Shown in pieces: positions 45,247-54,722 of a stretch of DNA of 64,000 nucleotides (the stretch's first letter is position 1; each line of letters begins with the position of its first letter). The translations under genes were made by a program, and so were the position numbers. Source of the stretch: Porphyridium purpureum (lineage: Eukaryota). The notes beneath the pieces were generated by a model. The model was not told the origin of the DNA and did not search any database. It saw only the letters and a list, made by a program, of their open reading frames with translations. The stretch covers positions 124,001 to 188,000 of the forward strand of contig VRMN01000014.1 in the NCBI GenBank assembly GCA_008690995.1. Direction: 5' to 3'.

Positions 45247-46647
45247 ATGCGGGTAACGCGGGCATGTGCGAGCCTGCTGCGTCTCGCACAGTCGCTGCGC
45301 GCTTCGGACTTTGCATACGAGCTGCCGGAAGCGCGGATAGCGCAGCGGCCACTCTCGAAGCGCGCAGAGAGCAAGCTGCTTGTGTGGAAAAAGCCGTCGG
45401 CGCACATTCAGCACGAGCGCTTCGACGCGATTACACGGCTGGCTCCAGAGAGATGTGTGCTGGTGCTCAACGAGACCAAGGTGGTTCGTGCGCGGCTGCA
45501 GCTTCGCAAGTACCCGTACGGCGGCAAGGCGGAAGTGATGTTGCTGCGGCCTCACGAGCCGCAATGCACCATTGCCGAGGCACTCGACGCGACAAGGCGA
45601 GCGCAATGGACATGCCTGATCAATGGCCACAATATCGGCAAAGGTGCCAGATTGCTCGGCGAGATCCTTAACTGGGGCCTGCCGCCACGTCCCTTGCGGC
45701 TTTGGGCATCGGTGGTCGAGAAGGGCTACCCGAGCGTCGTGCAATTCCACTGGGAGCCCAATAAGCTGCGGTTCCAGGAATTTGTCGAGTTCTTCGGGGC
45801 CATGCCCCTGCCAATGTACATGAAGCGCGACGCTGACCCAAGCGACACATCCGCGTACCAAACCGTGTACGGGAACACACCCGGTTCGGTGGCGGCGCCG
45901 ACTGCAGGACTTCATTTTGACAAGTCGCTGCTCGAGCGCATTGAAAAGGAAAGAGGTGCAAGCATCGTGCGCGTGTGTCTCCACGTGGGCGCAGGCACGT
46001 TTCTGCCGGTAAAGGCGGACACGCTAGGGGGCCACCGCATGCACGAGGAAGAGCTGCATGTGACGCGAGGCGCCATCGACACGTTTCTGGACGCCAAGGT
46101 CAACAAGCGGCCCGTGCTGGCAGTCGGCACGACCGCCGTTAGGACCTTAGAATCATTGTACTGGTTTGGAGTGCGACTCCTCTGCGAACCGGACCTTGTT
46201 TTTCTCAAGGACCAAATGCTCGTCTCGCAGTGGGACCCGTATCGCCTAGTCGACCAGGACTTTGATTCGGATCAAAGCAAAGTTCCCAAAGCTGAGGAGG
46301 CTCTACGCGCCGTGGCGAGCTACATGGATAAGATGAACCTCTCGGCTCTAAGTGGAGAAACGCAACTGCTGATTGCGCCGCCGTACGCATTCCAAATGGT
46401 GGACTGCATGATCACGAACTTTCACGAACCCAAATCGACGCTGCTGCTGCTCGTTGCAGCGTTTACCGAGTCGCCGGAGAACTGGTTGCCGAGCAAAGTT
46501 CTAGCCGACGGTCACGGCAGCGAGCTCACGGGTGCTGCCGGGCTGACGCAGAACTTACGCGGAATCTACGACGCCGCGCTGAACAACGGATACCGATTCC
46601 TTTCGTACGGCGACACCTCATTTTTGACGCAGGACGCCTTCCCGTAG
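45247..46647 (+). CDS. queA: S-adenosylmethionine:tRNA ribosyltransferase-isomerase (QueA)
   Basis: DFAYELPEARIAQRP, LVLNETKVVRARL, GAMPLPMYMKR, YQTVY..PGSVAAPTAGLHF, LHVGAGTFLPV, HRMHEE, AVGTTAVRTLES, ITNFHEPKSTLLLLVAAF, YRFLSYGD. Confidence 0.95.
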   Translation: MRVTRACASLLRLAQSLRASDFAYELPEARIAQRPLSKRAESKLLVWKKPSAHIQHERFDAITRLAPERCVLVLNETKVVRARLQLRKYPYGGKAEVMLLRPHEPQCTIAEALDATRRAQWTCLINGHNIGKGARLLGEILNWGLPPRPLRLWASVVEKGYPSVVQFHWEPNKLRFQEFVEFFGAMPLPMYMKRDADPSDTSAYQTVYGNTPGSVAAPTAGLHFDKSLLERIEKERGASIVRVCLHVGAGTFLPVKADTLGGHRMHEEELHVTRGAIDTFLDAKVNKRPVLAVGTTAVRTLESLYWFGVRLLCEPDLVFLKDQMLVSQWDPYRLVDQDFDSDQSKVPKAEEALRAVASYMDKMNLSALSGETQLLIAPPYAFQMVDCMITNFHEPKSTLLLLVAAFTESPENWLPSKVLADGHGSELTGAAGLTQNLRGIYDAALNNGYRFLSYGDTSFLTQDAFP

Positions 46648-46906
46648 CGCGCGTAATAATCCAGCGAGCACACAGGCGCCGCGATCCAATAAACTTCAAC
46701 GAGGCCGCCGGCACGTGTCGGTCGCGCCCGCGCAGCTGCTCCGCGAAGCCGGAAAAGGTGTCGCATGTTCTGAGCCGATCAACCGACGCAGCTGCTCGCT
46801 TGTGGATATCGAAGAGCGCAACTGGTGCTCGCAGGAAGCAGGAGCGACAGCGTGTGTGCTCTTCCGCGTCCGGCTCGGTGGATCATCTGTGGCAGCGCTG
46901 TGCAGC

Positions 46907-49900
46907 ATGCGGAATGCGGCGCGCGGCCGGGCGCTCGCGGCGCGGGCCCTGCTCTGGGTGGCCGGGGTCTTGGCGCTCGCGATCCTGGCGTTCAACCCGC
47001 CGCGCGAATGTGACGGTGCGACGTGGAATAAGCTCAAGACTTGTGCGCAGAGTGGTTTCTGCTCGCGGCACCGCGGCCTGCCTCCGCGGCCTCATAATCA
47101 GGTCACGTACGCGGTGCGTCCAGAGTCCGTGCATGTCGGCTCGTCTCCGAACGATGACGGCGCCGTGAGCGGCTTGGTTTCGATCTCGACGGTCGATTCC
47201 GGATCCGAGGCCGAGTCGATGAGCGTCGATCTCGCCTTTCAGATCCGGGCGTACGACAATGGCGTGATGCGGTGGACGCTCGACGAGCAGCCAGGCAACG
47301 GGAGGTTCGAGCGATATCGGCCGACAGACGGAGTTCTCGTGGATTCTCTGAGAGCCGTACGCATCACCGAGGACACAGATCTCGACCGTTCCAGCCCCTT
47401 AAGGCTTCGTGTGCGGTGCTCGGCGTGTAAAGCAGGACTGACTGATCCGCCTGTCCTCGTGATTGACTACAACCCTCTGCGTGTCACTCTCGAGTCCGCG
47501 CGCGGCGCACCGCTCGTGATACTCAATGGGCACGAGCTCTTGCGCTTTGAAAGGCAAGACGAGGATATCATAGAACCGCCAGAGTCTCAGCAGCACGAGG
47601 AAGCACCAACACATCAAGCGAATTCGGAGCACAGTCCGGAGGTTGGCGGCGACCACGAAGGCGCTTCTCATGTCGCAGATGGCACTGACCATTCGGACGA
47701 ATACATGGCGGGTTACTACGATGATGTTGCAGGCAATGAGAATGATTTTGGCCTCGATGCCTACACTGCTCCGTATGAAGATTACAATTATGGTCTAGAC
47801 GATATGCATGCAGTGCCGTACGGTGAGGATGCCGTGCCAGACGACATTGCTCTCCGTGAATTCGAGGCGCCCGTTGCACCGCATGGCAGTGAAACGGCAC
47901 ATGCGTGTCGCGGGTGCTTCCAGGAGACCTTTGACGGCCATACTGACGTCAAAGCCCGCGGACCGGAGTCCATTGGTGTCGATATTGAGTTTCCGAGGGC
48001 ATCCCATGTTTTCGGAATTCCTGAGCGAACCAGTTCCTTTGCCCTGCAAGACACCAAGCGCGACGGCTTGGCTCAGTCAGGAGAATCTTTATCGGACCCA
48101 TACCGCATGTACAATTTGGACGTTTTCGAATATGAGCTGAACTCGCCATTCGGCTTGTACGGGTCAGTCCCCCTGCTGATGGCGGTTACAGACGGTGGAC
48201 ACTGGTCGGGCGTCTTTTGGCTTAATCCATCTGAGACTTACGTCGATGTTACGGGCGCAAATGGAACGGCAAGCGGCGGCCACAATGGGAGCAATACTAG
48301 TATCACTACACACTGGTTCTCGGAAAGTGGCGTTATGGACGTGTTTCTTCTCGGCGGCGGGGACATGCCCTGCATTGTTTACAACCAGTACGTCTCCCTG
48401 ACGGGTCCGGCAGCCGTGCCGAATACATTTGCACTAGGTTTCCACCAGTCCCGCTGGAAAGCCGACTTTGAAGCAGACACCCGTGCTGTGGACCGCTCGT
48501 TCGACACGCACGATGTCCCGTACGACGTTTTGTGGTTGGACATTGAGCACACGGACGGCAAGCGCTACTTCACATGGGACTTGAACAAGTACCCGAATCC
48601 TGTGCAGCTTCAGCACGATATCGACGCGCGAGGGCGCAAAATGGTGACCATCATCGATCCGCACGTGAAGCGTGACGGCAATTACGCCCTGCATCGCTTT
48701 GCCGAGGAAAACGGACTGTATGTCAAGGAAGCGGACGGGACAACGGATTATGTTGGCTTTTGCTGGCCGGGCTCCAGCAGCTACTTTGACTTTGTCAATC
48801 CAGCTGTGCGAGCGGCCTGGGCAAGTCGCTTTAGTCCCGAGTTTTACAAGGAACTCACGCCAAGTTTGTACACTTGGGTTGACATGAATGAACCATCGGT
48901 GTTCAATGGACCTGAGCAAACCATGCCAAAAGGACTAAAGCACTTTGGCGGCTGGGAGCATCGAGATGTGCACAATTTGTATGGACTCTTCGTGCAGCGA
49001 GCCACGTTCGAAGGCCTGCTGCAGGCGCGCAATTCGACAGACCGGCCCTTTGTGCTGTCGAGGGCGTTCTTTGCCGGTAGCCAGCGCTTCGGTGCTGTGT
49101 GGACGGGAGATAATGCTGCGTCTTGGGGACACCTTCAAGCGTCGATTCCCATGCTGCTAAGTCTCCAGATCAGCGGTATTGTGTTCTCAGGAGCGGATAT
49201 TGGCGGCTTTTTCGGCAACCCAACGCGGCCTCTCGCAGTTCGATGGTATCAGGCCGCCGCATTCCAGCCCTTTTTCCGGGCTCACAAACACATCGACGCG
49301 GATCCGAGAGAACCGTGGCTCCTAGGCAACGACAACATGCAGCACATTCGCAAAGCAATTTCGGAAAGATACACCTTTCTGCCGTATTGGTACACGCTTT
49401 TCGCCGTGGCGAGCACGGTGCTCGATGCAAGTGACGCGCGAGCGGCATCTAAAGATGGGATGCACCATCCGCCAATGCGTCCGATCTGGTGGCATTTCCC
49501 GAGTGAGCGTGCTCTGTTGGGTGGGAAAGAACAGGAACATTCTTGGATGGTGGGAGACGCGCTGCTTGTTGCTCCGGTTTTGAGCGAGAACACAGAGGCG
49601 CACCGCGTCCGCCTGCCTGGAGGTGGTGGCGGGGACGTTAGCAAAAATGCGCCGAAAAGCGCGAATTCGAACAGCGGCGCTACTGCCTCGCGCTGGTTTG
49701 ATCTGTACGGCGACTACGCCGAGCTTTCAGGTGGTGAGACTCACATTTATAATGAAGTCAGCCTGGATCGTATGTTTGTATTTCAACGGGGAGGGACCAT
49801 CGTTCCACGCAAAATGCGTCGCCGCCGATCAACAGTCGCAATGAACCTTGACCCGCTCACGCTGGTTGTCGCACTTGACAGCTTCGAAACGGCGCATGGT

Positions 49901-50269
49901 ACGCTGTATGTAGATGACGGCAAGTCATTTGCATACGAAGAGGGCAATTTTGTCGTTCGCTCATTTGAATTTAGCTCGAATCGTTTGACGGCTAGGACAG
50001 TCGCAGGCTCTGAAGAATGGCTCGACGACCAAAGAACCGAGCGAAGCCGCATTCTTTGCGAAAAGATTCTTGTGCTCGGTCTTGCAGTGGAGCCAAGCAC
50101 CATACTAGCCGAGACGATCCACAGAAATGCAGACGGGTCGTACGTCCCGAAGACCGTGGAGCTTGAACGAGACATCAACTTTAACTTTTACGCGCAGAGC
50201 AGAAAGCTCGTGGTGAGACGCCTTCCGTTTCGCGCGTACAGTGGGGACTGGACGCTCCATCTGATGTAA
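46907..50269 (+). CDS. GANAB: ER glucosidase II alpha subunit (GH31)
   Basis: Hydrophobic signal/anchor, LKTCAQSGFCSRHR, PYRMYNLDVFEY, WLDIEHTDGKRYFTWD, WVDMNEPSVF, WTGDN, QPFFRAH. Confidence 0.95.
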   Translation: MRNAARGRALAARALLWVAGVLALAILAFNPPRECDGATWNKLKTCAQSGFCSRHRGLPPRPHNQVTYAVRPESVHVGSSPNDDGAVSGLVSISTVDSGSEAESMSVDLAFQIRAYDNGVMRWTLDEQPGNGRFERYRPTDGVLVDSLRAVRITEDTDLDRSSPLRLRVRCSACKAGLTDPPVLVIDYNPLRVTLESARGAPLVILNGHELLRFERQDEDIIEPPESQQHEEAPTHQANSEHSPEVGGDHEGASHVADGTDHSDEYMAGYYDDVAGNENDFGLDAYTAPYEDYNYGLDDMHAVPYGEDAVPDDIALREFEAPVAPHGSETAHACRGCFQETFDGHTDVKARGPESIGVDIEFPRASHVFGIPERTSSFALQDTKRDGLAQSGESLSDPYRMYNLDVFEYELNSPFGLYGSVPLLMAVTDGGHWSGVFWLNPSETYVDVTGANGTASGGHNGSNTSITTHWFSESGVMDVFLLGGGDMPCIVYNQYVSLTGPAAVPNTFALGFHQSRWKADFEADTRAVDRSFDTHDVPYDVLWLDIEHTDGKRYFTWDLNKYPNPVQLQHDIDARGRKMVTIIDPHVKRDGNYALHRFAEENGLYVKEADGTTDYVGFCWPGSSSYFDFVNPAVRAAWASRFSPEFYKELTPSLYTWVDMNEPSVFNGPEQTMPKGLKHFGGWEHRDVHNLYGLFVQRATFEGLLQARNSTDRPFVLSRAFFAGSQRFGAVWTGDNAASWGHLQASIPMLLSLQISGIVFSGADIGGFFGNPTRPLAVRWYQAAAFQPFFRAHKHIDADPREPWLLGNDNMQHIRKAISERYTFLPYWYTLFAVASTVLDASDARAASKDGMHHPPMRPIWWHFPSERALLGGKEQEHSWMVGDALLVAPVLSENTEAHRVRLPGGGGGDVSKNAPKSANSNSGATASRWFDLYGDYAELSGGETHIYNEVSLDRMFVFQRGGTIVPRKMRRRRSTVAMNLDPLTLVVALDSFETAHGTLYVDDGKSFAYEEGNFVVRSFEFSSNRLTARTVAGSEEWLDDQRTERSRILCEKILVLGLAVEPSTILAETIHRNADGSYVPKTVELERDINFNFYAQSRKLVVRRLPFRAYSGDWTLHLM

Positions 50270-50348
50270 ATTCACGCTCACTGTCACAGCTGACGGCTCA
50301 ACATCCGCCGACCAACACTTTCGAAAAGACAGATTCTAATTTCAAAGT

Positions 50349-51518
50349 TTACTGGCTCGTTTGATCTTGGCCTTGATCAGTGCTTATGGCAGATGCCGCG
50401 TCCTGCGCGGGCCTACTCTCATGAGCATCGGTGGCACCACCATCCAGCATGGACGCTGGTCCAGTAGTGGCTGAACCTCCACCCTGCCGCAAAGCATCGA
50501 TCTTCTCCGTAGCGGCCATCCACATTTGGCGTGATCGCTCGTTCACATCACGAATCAGCGACGCGATGGCTTCGTTGCTCAACGCACCATCTGCTGCAGA
50601 CTGGATGCGCTGCCTCAGGTGATAATTTTCGTCAAGCTCGTGAACGCGCTCTGCGCTGCTCCGGGCGATGGCATTTGAAGCATCCGAGATGTGCAGTCGC
50701 CGGTCAATGTTCACGGCCATTTCATTCATCTTTGCGACTGACTCCTTCAGTTTCTTGTCCAGCTCGATCCGCTCCATGCCCTGGGCGATCTGCTCAGTTC
50801 CTGCCTGGGCGCTGGCCTCAATATTTCTGCCAAACTCACTGCCCTTGGTCTGCGCGTACTGAAGTCCCTCTTTGAACAGCTGCTCATACTCTCCGCGCTT
50901 GTAAGCGTCCATCTCCTCAGCGGCGATCTGCTTGGCCGAAGTCAACCACGAGGATACGGTTGATCCCCACGAGTTCATGAATCCGAGGTCAGCGGATGCG
51001 CCGCCTGCAGCGGCCTGGCTTGCCGCAGCTGCGTCGTCGCCGCGCGCTGCTGCAACATCGCTTTGGGTTCCCGACGGGGCCGCTGCCCTTGTATCGGGCG
51101 TTTGATTGGCAGAGGTTGCGTCTGCAGGTTTCTCAGACATTCCACCAGTGGGTCCCTGCGTGGGTGGTGCCGCGTCCGCTCCGTCGGCATTCCAGTTCTC
51201 CGGCGCGGTCTCGATGCAGACGTCGCGATCGAGAATAGCAGAGCCGTTCAGCAGGACGGCGGTCTGCTGCGCGGCGTCGTTCTCGAAAAGAACAATAGCC
51301 TCGAGCAGCGGGTGGCCCTCCTCGTCGACCTGTGCGGGCGCGCGCGCCTTGCGCAGCCGGATCGCGCTGATCTTGCCGCAGAACGAGAAGAACGCGTCCA
51401 CGTCGTGCTTGGTGCACATGGGCGACAAGTTTGTGGCCCGCACTGCGCGCGCCGCCTGGCCTGGCGGAGGAAACGGGCCCGTGTCTGTGTCCAAAGCGTC
51501 CGCGTCGTACCCCTCCAT
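50349..51518 (-). CDS. RRM-containing protein (BPA1/Vip1-like)
   Basis: VRATNLSP...DVDAFFSFCGKISAIRL...AIVLFENDAAQQTAVLLNGSAILDRDVCI followed by a helical IDRRLHISD/LDENYHL region; the ATG at 51518 is preferred over the upstream GTG. Confidence 0.75.
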   Translation of the reverse strand: MEGYDADALDTDTGPFPPPGQAARAVRATNLSPMCTKHDVDAFFSFCGKISAIRLRKARAPAQVDEEGHPLLEAIVLFENDAAQQTAVLLNGSAILDRDVCIETAPENWNADGADAAPPTQGPTGGMSEKPADATSANQTPDTRAAAPSGTQSDVAAARGDDAAAASQAAAGGASADLGFMNSWGSTVSSWLTSAKQIAAEEMDAYKRGEYEQLFKEGLQYAQTKGSEFGRNIEASAQAGTEQIAQGMERIELDKKLKESVAKMNEMAVNIDRRLHISDASNAIARSSAERVHELDENYHLRQRIQSAADGALSNEAIASLIRDVNERSRQMWMAATEKIDALRQGGGSATTGPASMLDGGATDAHESRPAQDAASAISTDQGQDQTSQ

Positions 51519-52538
51519 TCTGCCGTCCCGCGCGTCCGTTCCCGCGACACCCGCTTCTGCTCTGCTGCTATCTCCCACGAGCCTTCACCAGCCGGAAGCT
51601 TTTCCGTCCCGGTTTCGTAACCGATTCGAAAGGCGGAACCGTTAAACCGAGAACCGTTAAACCGAGAACAGAAACGGGAGGCCGGGGGGCGATCCGGCGC
51701 CGTCACACGAACGGAAGCGCGGAGCAGCGAGAGCGCAGCGGTTGGAAAGGAGCGAAGGACGGGAAGTTCTTTTCGCCGGGGGCTTCCGAGAAGGAATGAA
51801 CTGGCCTTGGTACAAATAAAGTAATAGAAGGTCTTTCCGTACACCAGCTGGCTTCGAAACAACATTCTAGACCGATATCCGCTGACATGACACGCCAACG
51901 TGCCGTCCCTCGCAAATCTGATGTCAGTCTTCCGACGAGCGCCACGTTCGAGCCAATTCGAGTCTCCTTTCGACCTTTTCGCCTTTTACTACCCTTCATC
52001 CTAGTCACTGTCCGGTCGCCACCAGCGGACAAATGTTTCAAAACGACAAGTTTTCACGTCAGGTTTCGACCCGCTACACAGTTCACGACCACAGCCAGCC
52101 ACGGGTCCGACAAATGGCTGAGATGGCGTTAGAAGAGCAGAATCAGGAGACGCCTTTGCGAGCGGCTTCGGACCTTCACACAAAGTCATGCAAAACCAGC
52201 CAAAACCAGAAACTCAAATGTCAATCATGTCAGACGTCATCATACTGACGAGCTAATCGTCGTGGGGCTGTCTAGGGTGTTTTCACGCAAACCAGACGGC
52301 AAGTCCAAGAGACGAACCTTCAACTTTCTCGATTTTACCATTGGAGATGCCTTGCTTACCTGGAAACTTCCTGGCGACCGAAGATCACTTTGTAGCGAGT
52401 CAAGTGAACGGTTTATCCGCCAAGCCCGCGGCTACCTAGTCCTGACTGGAACCTGGCTGGAACTTGGAGAGTAAACACGCGACGGCAGTCCATGTGAATG
52501 CGTAAGCACCGGCGAGCAGGCTCGGGGCGCGAAGAGAA

Positions 52539-52558
52539 GAGAGAGAGAGAGAGAGAGA
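52539..52558. repeat. (GA)10 microsatellite
   Basis: Read directly from the sequence. Confidence 0.9.
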
Positions 52559-53915
52559 AAGAGTTGGGGGTGAGAACATGGAGAAGAAAAGTAAGAAGAG
52601 AAGAGGTTGATAAAAGAAAGCCAGCTGCATAGCGTTCCTGAGACATCATCGAAACGCAAAAAGCGTACGGGAAGCAAAAACAGCGAGGATGCAGGCTCCC
52701 AGCAGTCGTACCGGGATCCGTCCATGCAGCGGCCGGCCGTAACAACTCCTTGTTGCATTTCCTCGAAGTCAGCCTTTAGTCTTTGTCTTCTCGCTCGCCG
52801 TGCGCATGCTTCGATACCTACCTCCTGGACACCTTTAATCCGCCGAGTCTCCAGAGGCTAACAAAGGTATCTTGAGACGCGCAATGAAGCCCACGCGCAC
52901 ATGATTCTTGCCGTTGTTCGAAACGTTGATGAGCGACGGGCATGCCTTCCAAAGGGCAGGGCCGCGTACGGTGCAGCAAGGAAGGAAGCAATATGTCGCC
53001 AAGATTGGCCTTGGCAAGGCTGTGATGACCTTCAATTGACTATTACAGAACGGGGAGTGCTTGTCTTGTTGGAATTCGACAACCCACCCTGCCTCGAGTG
53101 ACGCGGTTTCGAATGCATGGGCACTTTGGGGCACCGTGGTTTCTATCTCTTCCTCTTGTGAGGCTTTTCATGAAGAGTCACCCAATCAAAGTGCGTGGGA
53201 ACTGTCGCGTGCAAATTTGTAAGATTTAAAAACGGGGACAGACAAGAATTGACGCACCCAGAAGATCCCCCGCAAACGAGATGCCAACGGGTGCGGCTTT
53301 GTTTCTTCGCCACGGGCTACATGCGCACTCCTTATTCGAAAGGAGCAACTTATCAGAGTGAGTCTTCGCGACCTTTCCGCTACCCCAAACTGAGCTGTCT
53401 CGGCATGCGCTAGCCCGGGACGTATTTGTATATCAGTGCTAGGCGAGGATTTTGTAGTTTATCTTGTGAACACGAATCTCGGGACGCATCCCGTCTGCAC
53501 AAAAACTGCACTCAATATGTAAACACGTGCGCGTGTAGTTCAAAGACACTCTTACCCTTGAATCTTTTTCAGAAAGAAACCTTGGAGGCATCTGACTGGT
53601 CAGGTTTGACATGAATCTCTCGTTTGCGGGTCGTGCTCTGCCCAACCGAGCGAGGCGCCCCTGCCGAATCTGCACACGACGCAGACCCTCCGTGGTCCTC
53701 CATGCTCCGACTCCGCCGGCACGCGCCCGCTGCACTTTGGCGGCGCCCCTCGACCGCAGACGTGTACAGCTGGGTGTACAGTGATGTTCATAGCAAATCA
53801 GCGCTTTTTCATATGCTCCGCGCGCTGGCGAGGCCGCGCCATTTCGCGTTCTCCAGGAGAAGGGCGCTCGGGACGAGGCGGGCCGGGGGTGGGACGTGTG
53901 CGCGCGGGAGTCGAG

Positions 53916-54722
53916 ATGGACGGAAACGGCAGCGGGAAGGAGAGTGCGCGGCCGAGCCTGGAGGCGCTGGCGGCGGCAGAAGTGAGCGTGCTCACGCAGG
54001 ACGTCCTGGACGCCGCGCTGGACGCCGCGCGCGCCACGGGCGTGCTGGATCTGCAGCAGTACGCGATCGCCGACGCGCGTCTCGAGGAGCTCAAGCCGGC
54101 GCTTCTGGACCTGAAGGACCGCCTCCGCGTACTCATCCTCTTTTATAATGAGATTGCGGCGCTCCCAGAATGGTTTGGTGAGCTGCACGCCCTGCAGGAG
54201 CTCCACATGGGCGCCAACCCGCTCGAGCAGGTCAGCGCCGGCGCGCTCGCGGGCATGCGCAGCCTCCAGCATCTTGACATTGGGTTTGGCGAGCTCCTCA
54301 CGAGCGTGCCTGCGTCGCTCGGCTCAATGGAGCAGCTCCAAGTAATCATGCTCGGCAACTGCCGCCTCGCCTCGGTGCCAGATGAGATCGGCAAATTGCA
54401 GAATCTCGTGGAGCTGCATCTGTACGGCAATCACCTCAAGGCCGTGCCCGCGCAACTTGGCGATTGCGCGTCCCTGCGCGTTCTGAACTTGGGCCGGAAC
54501 CAACTGACGGAGCTGCCGGACTCGCTCGGCAAGCTCAAGAACCTGGAGGTACTGCATCTGTACGAGAACGACTTGCGCAAGCTGCCAAGCAGCCTCAGCG
54601 CGTGCACTGCGCTGCGCACGGTAAGCATACATAACAACACCGAACTCGAAGTCCTTCCGCACGACGTGCATAGAGCAGGAATCTCAGCTCTGCTCGAGTA
54701 CTATTCCCGGGCGAAGGCGTAG
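53916..54722 (+). CDS. Small leucine-rich-repeat protein
   Basis: About 8 LxxLxLxxNxLxxLP repeats; ATG at 53916 is in frame with the longer ORF. Confidence 0.9.
   Translation: MDGNGSGKESARPSLEALAAAEVSVLTQDVLDAALDAARATGVLDLQQYAIADARLEELKPALLDLKDRLRVLILFYNEIAALPEWFGELHALQELHMGANPLEQVSAGALAGMRSLQHLDIGFGELLTSVPASLGSMEQLQVIMLGNCRLASVPDEIGKLQNLVELHLYGNHLKAVPAQLGDCASLRVLNLGRNQLTELPDSLGKLKNLEVLHLYENDLRKLPSSLSACTALRTVSIHNNTELEVLPHDVHRAGISALLEYYSRAKA

Noticed and set aside
41789..46647. Bacterial contamination as the explanation for queA and the wbpA-like gene
   Set aside because: They are interleaved with spliced eukaryotic genes (PPCDC, LSM5) with similar composition and no operon structure; read-level confirmation is still needed.
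46715..46906. Extended N-terminus of the 1184-aa ORF (and similar extensions on the LRR, HSD, RRM and TMK ORFs)
   Set aside because: Most begin at GTG/TTG starts from the ORF caller; downstream ATGs match the expected protein starts.
51977..51991. TTTCGCCTTTTACTA, matching the U5 snRNA loop I region
   Set aside because: The flanks (CCTTT / CCCTT) cannot form the closing stem and no Sm site follows; likely chance in a pyrimidine-rich tract.
52355..52400. CTTACCTGG...GATCAC resembling the U1 snRNA 5' end and loop I
   Set aside because: No ATTGCAC loop II, no Sm site and no convincing stems.
52262..52474. Short ORF faintly like a piggyBac transposase C-terminus (FNFLDFTIGDALLTWK)
   Set aside because: Too short, with no other transposase motifs or TTAA/TIR ends visible.
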